DNA of 64,000 bases, from contig NIVC01000010.1 of NCBI GenBank assembly GCA_002269645.1, positions 1,364,001 through 1,428,000 on the forward strand. Reading direction: 5' to 3'. The position numbers and the translations under genes were made by a program. Under the pieces are notes generated by a model. It saw nothing but the letters and a program-made list of their open reading frames with translations. It was not told where the DNA came from and did no database searches. The DNA is from Macrostomum lignano (lineage: Eukaryota). Positions 37,201 through 46,555 of this stretch are shown in pieces; within the stretch, counting starts at the first letter, position 1; every line of letters starts with the position of its first letter.

Positions 37201-39651
37201 AAGACACACTGATCCAGACACTCTGATCCAGACACACTGATCAAGACACTCTGATCCAGACACACTGATCAAGACACACTGATCCAGACACACTGATCAA
37301 GACACACTGATCCAGACACTCTGATCCAGACACACTGATCAAGACACTCTGATCCAGACACTCTGATCCAGACACACTGATCCAGACACACTGATCCAGA
37401 CACACTGATCAAGACACTCTGATCCAGACACTCTGATCCAGACACACTGATCCAGACACACTGATCCAGACACACTGATCAAGACACACTGATCCAGACA
37501 CTCTGATCCAGACACTCTGATCCAGACACACTGATCCAGACACACTGATCAAGACACACTGATCCAGACACTCTGATCCAGACACTCTGATCCAGAGACA
37601 CTGATCCAGACACACTGATCCAGACACACTGATCCAGACACTCTGATCCAGACACACTGATCCAGACACACTGATCCAGACACACTGATCCAGACACACT
37701 GATCCAGACACTCTGATCCAGACACACTGATCCAGACACACTGATCAAGACTCTCTGATCCAGACACACTGATCCAGACACACTGATCCAGACACTCTGA
37801 TCAAGACACTCTGATCCAGACACACTGATCCAGACACTCTGATCCAGACACACTGATCCAGACACACTGATCAAGACACACTGATCCAGACACACTGATC
37901 CAGACACACTGATCCAGACACACTGATCCAGACACACTGATCAAGACACACTGATCCAGACACACTGATCCAGACACACTGATCCAGACACACTGATCCA
38001 GACACACTGATCCAGACACACTGATCCAGACACTCTGATCCAGACACACTGATCCAGACACACTGATCAAGACACTCTGATCCAGACACACTGATCCAGA
38101 CACACTGATCAAGACACTCTGATCCAGACACACTGATCAAGACACACTGATCCAGACACACTGATCCAGACACACTGATCAAGACACTGATCCAGACACA
38201 CTGATCCAGACACACTGATCCAGACACTCTGATCAAGACACACTGATCAAGACACACTGATCCAGACACACTGATCCAGACACACTGATCCAGACACACT
38301 GATCCAGACACACTGATCAAGACACACTGATCCAGACACTCTGATCAAGACACTCTGATCAAGACACACTGATCCAGACACACTGATCAAGACACACTGA
38401 TCCAGACACACTGATCCAGACACACTGATCCAGACACTCTGATCAAGACACACTGATCAAGACACACTGATCAAGACACACTGATCCAGACACACTGATC
38501 AAGACACACTGATCAAGACACACTGATCAAGACACTCTGATCCAGACACACTGATCAAGACACACTGATCCAGACACACTGATCAAGACACACTGATCCA
38601 GACACACTGATCCAGACACACTGATCAAGACACTCTGATCCAGACACACTGATCCAGACACACTGATCCAGACACTCTGATCAAGACACACTGATCAAGA
38701 CACACTGATCCAGACACACTGATCCAGACACACTGATCCAGACACACTGATCCAGACACTCTGATCCAGACACACTGATCCAGACACACTGATCAAGACA
38801 CTCTGATCCAGACACACTGATCAAGACACACTGATCCAGACACTCTGATCAAGACACTCTGATCCAGACACACTGATCCAGACACACTGATCAAGACACA
38901 CTGATCCAGACACACTGATCCAGACACACTGATCCAGACACTCTGATCAAGACACACTGATCAAGACACACTGATCAAGACACACTGATCCAGACACACT
39001 GATCCAGACACACTGATCCAGACACACTGATCCAGACACACTGATCAAGACACTCTGATCAAGACACACTGATCCAGACACACTGATCCAGACACACTGA
39101 TCAAGACACACTGATCCAGACACACTGATCCAGACACACTGATCCAGACACTCTGATCAAGACACACTGATCAAGACACACTGATCCAGACACACTGATC
39201 CAGACACACTGATCCAGACACTCTGATCAAGACACACTGATCAAGACACACTGATCCAGACACACTGATCCAGACACTCTGATCAAGACACTCTGATCCA
39301 GACACACTGATCCAGACACACTGATCAAGACACACTGATCCAGACACACTGATCCAGACACACTGATCCAGACACTCTGATCAAGACACACTGATCAAGA
39401 CACACTGATCAAGACACACTGATCCAGACACACTGATCCAGACACTCTGATCCCACTTCAGACAGCCGACTCGCACAGCCAGCGGCACCATTCGTGTCGT
39501 GGTTCATGTCATCGGCAAGGGCCGCTTTGCCGGAGTCGGCCGCAACTACCGCATTGCCAGGAACAGCGCTGCGAAGGTCGCCCTGCGGTACATCAAGGCC
39601 AAGGAGCGGGAAAAGTCTGCTGCTTCCGCTGATGTCGAGGTTGAGACTTGA
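7148..39651 (+). CDS. DICER1: Dicer (Dicer-1-like endoribonuclease), ~1788 aa; exons 7148-7355, 7449-7756, 8242-8643, 10061-10681, 13775-14253, 16412-16940, 17067-17498, 18347-18507, 19148-19802, 21209-21605, 22542-22759, 24177-24496, 25048-25264, 26048-26201, 26862-26937, 39462-39651
   Basis: All 15 introns are GT-AG with matching phases, and exon lengths sum to 5367 nt (1789 codons including stop). Domains in order: helicase-like ([19 protein letters not shown]), DUF283 ([10 protein letters not shown]), platform (KRRQVY), PAZ ([18 protein letters not shown]), RNase IIIa ([19 protein letters not shown]), RNase IIIb ([19 protein letters not shown]) and dsRBD ([14 protein letters not shown]). 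The start ATG is the least certain part. Confidence 0.97.
7920..8241. repeat. ~28-bp minisatellite in Dicer intron 2 (cagcctcccagatcctcagttgctgggc)
   Basis: Tandem units are visible, and the last cctcccag is the inferred exon-3 acceptor. Confidence 0.9.
8728..9970. repeat. 21-bp minisatellite in Dicer intron 3 (gagaggttaaagagtgcagag)
   Basis: Tandem units are visible. Confidence 0.95.
10732..12950. repeat. 19-bp minisatellite in Dicer intron 4 (ggggttgtagcctagtg[ga/at]), derived from a SINE 5' head
   Basis: Roughly 115-120 units run without a break into the SINE head at 12936. Confidence 0.95.
12936..13240 (+). mobile_element. tRNA-derived CORE-type SINE, full length (copy 1)
   Basis: tRNA-like head with A box (tagcctagtgg) and B box (ggttcgattcc). 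CORE-like central domain gtgtccttgagcaagacacttaac...cttcagttcac...aaaatggg. (ATT)n tail. Two more copies lie in the window. Confidence 0.85.
13283..13735. repeat. 54-bp minisatellite in Dicer intron 4
   Basis: About 8 units of cagcacccggtaattagcccaggtaggatggatacaaggatgagtcatataggt. Confidence 0.9.
14268..14462 (-). mobile_element. tRNA-derived CORE-type SINE, 3'-truncated (copy 2)
   Basis: The reverse complement aligns with 12938-13130 (head, B box, CORE-like domain). It starts about 15 bp after the exon-5 donor. Confidence 0.85.
14524..14958. mobile_element. Foldback/MITE-like element with ~125-150-bp imperfect inverted arms
   Basis: The left arm 14524-14648 is the reverse complement of the right arm 14810-14958 (for example atagctctattgatattcataaagctt / aagctttatgaataccaatagagctgt). 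Confidence 0.75.
14967..16255. repeat. 23-bp minisatellite in Dicer intron 5 (cctgtgtttttacctggatgtcc)
   Basis: Tandem units are visible. Confidence 0.95.
17545..18186. repeat. C-rich degenerate minisatellite in Dicer intron 7 (aagaatccgccc-based)
   Basis: Repeated aagaatccgccc / aagatccgccct subunits. Confidence 0.85.
18775..19100. repeat. ~39-40-bp GA-rich minisatellite in Dicer intron 8
   Basis: gagagggagacaggggaagaaagaggtaggca-type units. Confidence 0.85.
19838..20826. repeat. 20-bp polypurine minisatellite in Dicer intron 9 (gcagggagagggaagagggg)
   Basis: Tandem units are visible and contain G3-G4 tracts. Confidence 0.95.
21590..22265. repeat. 67-bp minisatellite in Dicer intron 10 spanning the exon-10 splice donor
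   Basis: The first unit includes the exon end cagcagagggggtg|gtgagt, and later units retain gtg|gtgagtactcgg. Confidence 0.9.
22965..24148. repeat. 21/23-bp minisatellite in Dicer intron 11 (gtagatacagtaggcagacag)
   Basis: Tandem units are visible. Confidence 0.95.
24510..24970. repeat. ~31-34-bp minisatellite in Dicer intron 12 (cacttccggt[t/c]attgat core)
   Basis: Two related unit types succeed each other. Confidence 0.9.
25400..25905. repeat. 120-bp pyrimidine-rich minisatellite (30-bp subunits) in Dicer intron 13
   Basis: An identical block recurs at 25501, 25621 and 25741. Confidence 0.9.
26235..26832. repeat. 23/24-bp minisatellite in Dicer intron 14 (ttagactgccttgagaatcgccc)
   Basis: Tandem units are visible. 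Confidence 0.9.
27135..39452. repeat. 12.3-kb 14-bp satellite filling the last Dicer intron (gacacactgatc[c/a]a)
   Basis: A continuous array of about 880 units (length divided by 14) that ends 10 bp before the exon-16 acceptor. Confidence 0.98.
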
Positions 39652-39661
39652 ATTGGTTGTT

Positions 39662-41648
39662 AATTTTAATCTGATTGAGTTTTAATTGGATTGCAATCTG
39701 AGTGAGTTTTAATTGGATTGCAATCTGAGTGAGTTTTAATTGGATTGCAATCTGAGTGAGTTTTAATTGGATTGCAATCTGAGTGAGTTTTAATTGGATT
39801 CCAGTCTGAGTGAGTTTTAATTGGATTGCAATCTGAGTGAGTTTTAATTGGATTGCAATCTGAGTGAGTTTTAATTGGATTGCAATCTGAGTGAGTTTTA
39901 ATTGGATTGCAATCTGAGTGAGTTTTAATTGGATTGCAATCTGAGTGAGTTTTAATTGGATTGCAATCTAAGTGAGTTTTAATTGGATTGCAGTCTGAGT
40001 GAGTTTTAATTGGATTGCAGTCTGAGTGAGTTTTAATTGGATTGCAATCTGAGTGAGTTTTAATTGGATTGCAATCTGAGTGAGTTTTAATTGGATTGCA
40101 ATCTAAGTGGGTTTTAATTGCATTGCAATCTGAGTGAGTTTTAATTGGATTGCAATCTGAGTGAGTTTTAATTGGATTGCAATCTAAGTGGGTTTTAATT
40201 GCATTGCAATCTGAGTGAGTTTTAATTGGATTGCAGTCTGAGTGAGTTTTAATTGGATTGCAATCTGAGTGAGTTTTAATTGGATTGCAGTCTGAGTGAG
40301 TTTTAATTGCATTGCAATCTGAGTGAGTTTTAATTGGATTGCAATCTAAGTGAGTTTTAATTGGATTGCAATCTGAGTGAGTTTTAATTGGATTGCAATC
40401 TGAGTGAGTTTTAATTGGATTGCAGTCTGAGTGAGTTTTAATTGGATTGCAGTCTGAGTGAGTTTTAATTGGATTGCAATCTGAGTGAGTTTTAATTGGA
40501 TTGCAATCTGAGTGAGTTTTAATTGGATTGCAGTCTGAGTGAGTTTTAATTGGATTGCAGTCTGAGTGAGTTTTAATTGGATTGCAATCTGAGTGAGTTT
40601 TAATTGGATTGCAATCTAAGTGAGTTTTAATTGCATTGCAATCTGAGTGAGTTTTAATTGGATTGCAATCTAAGTGGGTTTTAATTGCATTGCAATCTGA
40701 GTGAGTTTTAATTGGATTGCAATCTGAGTGAGTTTTAATTGGATTGCAATCTAAGTGGGTTTTAATTGCATTGCAATCTGAGTGAGTTTTAATTGGATTG
40801 CAGTCTGAGTGAGTTTTAATTGGATTGCAATCTGAGTGAGTTTTAATTGGATTGCAGTCTGAGTGAGTTTTAATTGCATTGCAATCTGAGTGAGTTTTAA
40901 TTGGATTGCAATCTAAGTGAGTTTTAATTGGATTGCAATCTGAGTGAGTTTTAATTGGATTGCAGTCTGAGTGAGTTTTAATTGGATTGCAGTCTGAGTG
41001 AGTTTTAATTGGATTGCAGTCTGAGTGAGTTTTAATTGGATTGCAATCTAAGTGGGTTTTAATTGCATTGCAATCTGAGTGAGTTTTAATTGGATTGCAG
41101 TCTGAGTGAGTTTTAATTGGATTGCAGTCTGAGTGAGTTTTAATTGGATTGCAATCTAAGTGGGTTTTAATTGCATTGCAATCTGAGTGAGTTTTAATTG
41201 GATTGCAATCTGAGTGAGTTTTAATTGGATTGCAGTCTGAGTGAGTTTTAATTGGATTGCAGTCTGAGTGAGTTTTAATTGGATTGCAATCTGAGTGAGT
41301 TTTAATTGGATTGCAGTCTGAGTGAGTTTTAATTGGATTGCAATCTGAGTGAGTTTTAATTGGATTGCAATCTAAGTGGGTTTTAATTGCATTGCAATCT
41401 GAGTGAGTTTTAATTGGATTGCAGTCTGAGTGAGTTTTAATTGGATTGCAATCTGAGTGAGTTTTAATTGGATTGCAATCTGAGTGAGTTTTAATTGGAT
41501 TGCAATCTGAGTGAGTTTTAATTGGATTGCAATCTGAGTGAGTTTTAATTGGATTGCAATCTGAGTGAGTTTTAATTGGATTGCAATCTGAGTGAGTTTT
41601 AATTGGATTGCAATCTGAGTGAGTTTTAATTGGATTGCAATCTGAGTG
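39662..41648. repeat. 27-bp minisatellite directly after the Dicer stop codon (gagtgagttttaattggattgcaatct)
   Basis: About 73 tandem units starting about 10 bp after TGA 39649-39651. Confidence 0.95.
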
Positions 41649-42390
41649 CCTGAAGTCTACGAACTTCGACTAATGCTAGCGTCTACTTTTTGCACTTTTA
41701 TCTGCATAGAATTCCATTTTTGTATGTAATTCTTCCACGAAAAAAAGCGTTGCATTGCCGTAAAATCTGTCAATTATTGTAAAACTGCAGGACACTAAAA
41801 TTGCGTGTTTTAAAAAATTAATGATGACAAAAACACATTGACTATTGACCTTGCATCATCATCATTTATTCCATAATTTCGGTCTGTACTCAAAGAAGAA
41901 AGCATTTTCATGTCTAATCGTCACTGAAGTCTGTCTTCATATTGTTGCAATTTTTATTAGTTTTTATTTGTACATAACTAACTATTATATATATATATAT
42001 ATATGATTTCTGTTCCTGGGTCTCAGCCAAAGCATGAGGCTGTGGAAATTACTCGTGTCGTGTTTTTCATCTCAGTTTTTCAGCTTTTCTCAACTTGACC
42101 GCCGCGCATTGTTTGAGTTTCAACTGGAATTATTTTATTTATTACTCCAGTTGGTCGAGCGCAGAGTGAATAATGCAGAGGGGGGCAACTCTTGCCATTC
42201 ATTCGGGACTACAAAGCGAACTGTAGGAAACCCTCCAATTCAAGTTGAGGCAGCCCCTGCTCATACAGAAAAAAATTCCACAATTATACAAAAAGGGTTC
42301 AACCTGTGTTTCTTTCTACCTTGCTTAGAAACTCAGTAGAGCTACGAAGCAGGTGGCTAGCTACTCAAGAACACACACAGCCGACACGCA

Positions 42391-43470
42391 ATGCTATCTT
42401 GTTGCTGCTGCTGCCGCGGCCGTTCCGGGCAAAAAGGCAAAGTGCTGCTGCAGGATCCCAACGCTGAAAATGGCAGCCAACAAGCGACTGCCGATGGCAA
42501 GTATCGTCGAAAGAAACTCGACCACGAATTCTCGGCGGAGCCACCGGCTGTCGTGGCGACGGAGGCCGCTGCTCCGATGCTTGACAGCACCGATCATGGT
42601 CGAGACAGGCAGCCGAGCTCCGGTAGCAACGCCGCTGTCGTAGTCGACAGTCCGGGTGACGCCGAGATTCGTCCGACTTCGGTTGTGACGCTGCGCAACG
42701 AGCCGCAGCACAAGAAAGCCGCTTCCCCAGCGCTGCCTCCGCAACAGCCTCAGCAACAGCAGAAGCACAAAGAGGTCACTCCCCAAACTAGTTGGGTGAA
42801 GGTTCGAGAACCGCACGAGCACCAGCACGGCTATTCGGTGTTTCAAAGCGACGATAACGAGCTGACCATTGTCGATAGCGACTACTCTGACTACGAGTCT
42901 GAGCATGAGGACACGCTCACCGAGCTGGCTGCTCACGGCGGCGGCGCCTCCGAGTTTGGCAAGCGGAGCACCGCCACTCTGAGCTTCGTGATGCCTCGCG
43001 TACGTCGCGGAGCGGCCAACAGCAACGGTACAACCGACGAGGAGGACGAGATCAGTGTCCGAAAAAAAGCAGAGCGCCTGTCCAACTTCCTGCTGGCTAG
43101 CGAGGCGGCCGCTGAAAGCGACGACTTCGGCTGGGAGACTCTGCCGAATTCGGCATTCGAGCAGCCGCCTGAGCAGTTTATAGACGACGAAGAGGAAGTG
43201 ATAGTTGTCGCGGCTAAGCCCGATGCACCTGCTGCCGCGGGTAACTCTGCGTCCGCAGCGGCTACGCACGGCGGCCTGACGGCGGAAGAAGACTCCTCAG
43301 CCAGGGAGAGCCTACTGGCGCTGGACCAGGCTTTGGCGGTGTTTGAGCTGGCCAGCGGGGAGGCAGACTACGCCGGTGCGGCCGCCACCGCTGCCTCGGC
43401 TGCTGCACCTGTTGACGATGACGAGGTGGTCATCGTTCCGGCTGCCCCCCGGATGAGCAAGCTGATTTGA
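42391..43470 (+). CDS. Intronless hypothetical acidic/disordered protein (359 aa) with an N-terminal cysteine string
   Basis: Long GC-rich ORF in AT-rich flanks with coding-like codon usage. It starts MLSCCCCCRGR and is rich in D/E/A. No family was recognised. Confidence 0.7.
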   Translation: MLSCCCCCRGRSGQKGKVLLQDPNAENGSQQATADGKYRRKKLDHEFSAEPPAVVATEAAAPMLDSTDHGRDRQPSSGSNAAVVVDSPGDAEIRPTSVVTLRNEPQHKKAASPALPPQQPQQQQKHKEVTPQTSWVKVREPHEHQHGYSVFQSDDNELTIVDSDYSDYESEHEDTLTELAAHGGGASEFGKRSTATLSFVMPRVRRGAANSNGTTDEEDEISVRKKAERLSNFLLASEAAAESDDFGWETLPNSAFEQPPEQFIDDEEEVIVVAAKPDAPAAAGNSASAAATHGGLTAEEDSSARESLLALDQALAVFELASGEADYAGAAATAASAAAPVDDDEVVIVPAAPRMSKLI

Positions 43471-46400
43471 GCTGCTGTTGGTACTTTCCTAGCGACTACC
43501 GAAGCTGCATGCAAACTATAAGAAGTCAAGGGACTCATGGTTCTCCTTATTAAGTCTTGTCGACACCGCCATTAAGTGAAGCCAAATTCTTGCGTGATCA
43601 TCCGGGTTGTACATTTTTACTCGTTCTTTGGGTGAATCAGTCGTTTCGGTTGGTTTGATTGCTCATTCGATGGCGATGATGTGATCGTTAGTAATTTTAA
43701 TACACTGAGATTTAAGTAAAAGTTTCGGGTTTTTCCGTGTTATTCTCACACAGTGAGTGTAAATTCCCGAGGACGCCTATAGCTACAGTGCATTCAGTGT
43801 GCACTTGAATAAGCTTAAAATTTACTGAAAAATGATTTCCAAGCGTCATTTTAACGGTACTCAGTAAAACAAAACAAATGACAAGATATGGGTTTATAAA
43901 TGGCGTTTCTGGAGACTATAGAGATAGAAATTGGAGATAGAGGCCTAATGTCGCATATAAATAGGATAATATCGTTCTTATCGCCTAAGAAAGCCTAGTG
44001 TAGAGTCATTCTACTTCCGGTTGTCCATGGCCTTACGTCAGCGGAGTGGGGGCTTGACGACCTCTCTTCTCTTTTGATGCGGTTCCATTGTTGCAGTATA
44101 TTTACCTGAGTTATCATACTAGGCATCGAATTGGAGTCATCTCAAGAGGATGATTTATGAAATAATAAGCTAGTCTAAAGTCTGCTCTCTGTGTGGGTAA
44201 TTTTTTAAAAGTAGTATTTAGCTCAGTTTCAATGTGATGATGGGTTTCGACCTTCGGGCTCCTTGTTAGGGAAGCCTTCGGGCCTCAGGCTCAGAAATAA
44301 ATCAATTAGAGACCTGGCCCCCCACTCCTGTCAGATGGTCAGCCCCATGGTAGCTTGATCGTGTGGCGAGCAGTCTACGAGCTAGGTCCTACAGCTAAGA
44401 GAGGGACAGCGAGAGACGAGCAGGGAGAATTTTGAAAGTAGAAATTAGCTAATCCGCAGATTAACTAACTTGCTGCCACCAGCCCGTACGCCCTGGCTCA
44501 CCACACCGGGACTCTCGAAATCGGGCCTCCGACTAGAAGGGGCTTTGCACTTACCTGCCAACTAGTGTCTTTTTGCTGTCAATCTCGAAGTCATAGCCGA
44601 TGATAAGGGACACTGCTGGGACTAGATCGCATTGGCCATGCAGGTACAGAGGGGACTTGTGCAGGGGATTCTTGCAGTGGCGAGACTATGGGGTAGCTAC
44701 ATGTACTATTACATTGCTAAATACGAAGATATGTACTTTTGGCCTTCAACGCGCCAACTAGCCTCTCATAGCGCTGATGATAGACTAACTCGAACTTCAG
44801 AGACCGCATAATTCATTTACCCGAGCCGCTTGGCTACCCTAGAGTGCACAAAGTATCTCTGGCGCCGATTCTGCACCTCTGGCAGTTTTGCTCACTGATT
44901 TGATAGATTGGTCGACTGAGAAGTGCCTTGCCATTGGTCCACTGTGACCGGCGCCTACTAGCTTAGCTACTCATCTGAGCCATCGGCGAACAAAGAAATA
45001 AAACCGATAAAAATAACTGTTAGATTTAACCTTCTCCTTAGTTCACTTCACACTTCAGATTGAATTGGAGTCTTAGACTACTAGCAGTATTATTGAATGA
45101 TTCCTGCCTCAGCAACAGCACTACTGAACAAAATGAGCAAAAGTGTGCGCCTAATTCAGCTACTGCAACAGGGGACAGATAAGGGATCACCCAATCAAGC
45201 AAGTCTAGGTAGCCTCTCACCCAACCAATCAGAAACTCAACAGCCGGAGACCAGGTAATCCACAGTGACCGAATCGGCTCGATACTCTGCAGCTGTAGAC
45301 TCGGGATGATGCTGTCACAATCTTCGCGGTTAGCTAGCAGGTGATGCTCTTCACTTTGATGTTCACTACTGATGACCGGGGGACTCGTCCTTGATGATGA
45401 TGGGGGGAAGTCGCAATCCGGGGATCAAGAAACGACGGTCGTGCTCCGGGAACCAGAAGTTGCGCGCTGGGCCCAAGCCAAAGTTGAGTCCGAGCGGGCC
45501 AAAAACTCCGGTTTAAATAGCCGCCAACTGGACCGCAGTTTGTTATAATGGAACACGTCGATTCTGATTGGCTGAGCCGTTTTGTTAAAATGAGCGCCGA
45601 ATTTTCTGATTGGCTAAGCTTGTTGCTACCCAGAATCACGTGACCGGGAGATCCTATCAGTTCCCATAGGGTCGTAAAAAGATGACAGGTGCGGCCATAA
45701 ATCACTCAAAATCGCAACAAAATGATTTATGACTTTTCGCGTAGGATTGACAGAAATTAATGAAAAAATATACATTAGAAAGCTCTTATTAAATAGAAAG
45801 TGAAGATAATGAAGAGAAATCGCTAATTGCTAATCCCAAGGTACTTTTAGGGGTAAAACGCATAGCTGTCAAAGCTGTCACACGCTTGAGTGAACACGAA
45901 CAATAGGCTCTGACCTCATAAATCTTGATGGCCTGTCAAAATGATGAGAAAAAAGCTACCGCCCGCATCCTCTCAGACCATCTGGCGCCCGCTTCAACAC
46001 TGAGTGAGGCGCAGGTGGCTGTCAGACCAACTTTGAAAGCGATGATTTATGACCCAAAAAGCTGCGCCTATGTTATTATGACTACTAGTATGACCAGACA
46101 TTATATCTAATATAGATTCTATGAAAATTCGCAGAAAAAGGATAAAAATGTCCATTGCCCACTGTTAGTAGGCAAGTAAGTTTAGAGCCCATGTGCTAGC
46201 GCGGGATTTGGGAAAAAGTGCGTCCTCATCAGTAAGCCCTATTAAAACATTTTACAATTGGTAGCGTACATTGCGCAATCAACCGTGTCGCATTGCTGCT
46301 TATATATTTGTTTGACCAGAAGGGTTACAATAATTATCAAGCGTAGTAATTTTCTACCTAAATACGACAATCCGATAACTAATAAACTCGTCTATATTGA

Positions 46401-46555
46401 AATTATCACACTAATAAATAAACCTAATTTATTTTTACTTCCTAATCTTATAAATTCAGAATCGGGGAACAGGTATTTGTCATCAGAAGTTAAATCAAGG
46501 CTAAATCATTGTAAACATGTTCTTTGAAGTTGAGTCACAGACAATTCTGGACAAC

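Noticed and set aside
27272-38453. Dozens of minus-strand ORFs ([14 protein letters not shown]...)
   Set aside because: These are translations of the 14-bp satellite, open only because the unit lacks stops on that strand.
10732-41648. Regularly spaced repeats resembling CRISPR arrays
   Set aside because: There are no unique spacers between units and no cas genes, and the context is eukaryotic introns.
42394-43269. 291-aa antisense ORF, plus shadow ORFs over Dicer, ACO1, THAP and TRP exons
   Set aside because: These are GC-rich antisense shadows of real coding exons with no independent motifs.
43780-43806. IRE-like CAGTGN loop near the IRP1 gene
   Set aside because: The 5-bp upper stem and bulged C do not form, and the site is not in a ferritin- or TfR-type UTR.
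44000-45050. Unassigned GC-balanced segment with two cTTCGg mini-hairpins (44251, 44274), possibly an LTR or Penelope-like ribozyme remnant
   Set aside because: The stems are only about 3 bp, there is no intact CTGANGA core, no second LTR or TSD and no ORF, so it cannot be supported.
45220-46010. Clustered CCAAT boxes and repeated tgatttatga motifs
   Set aside because: No adjacent gene start or defined element ends. These could be transposon subterminal repeats but are unverifiable here.
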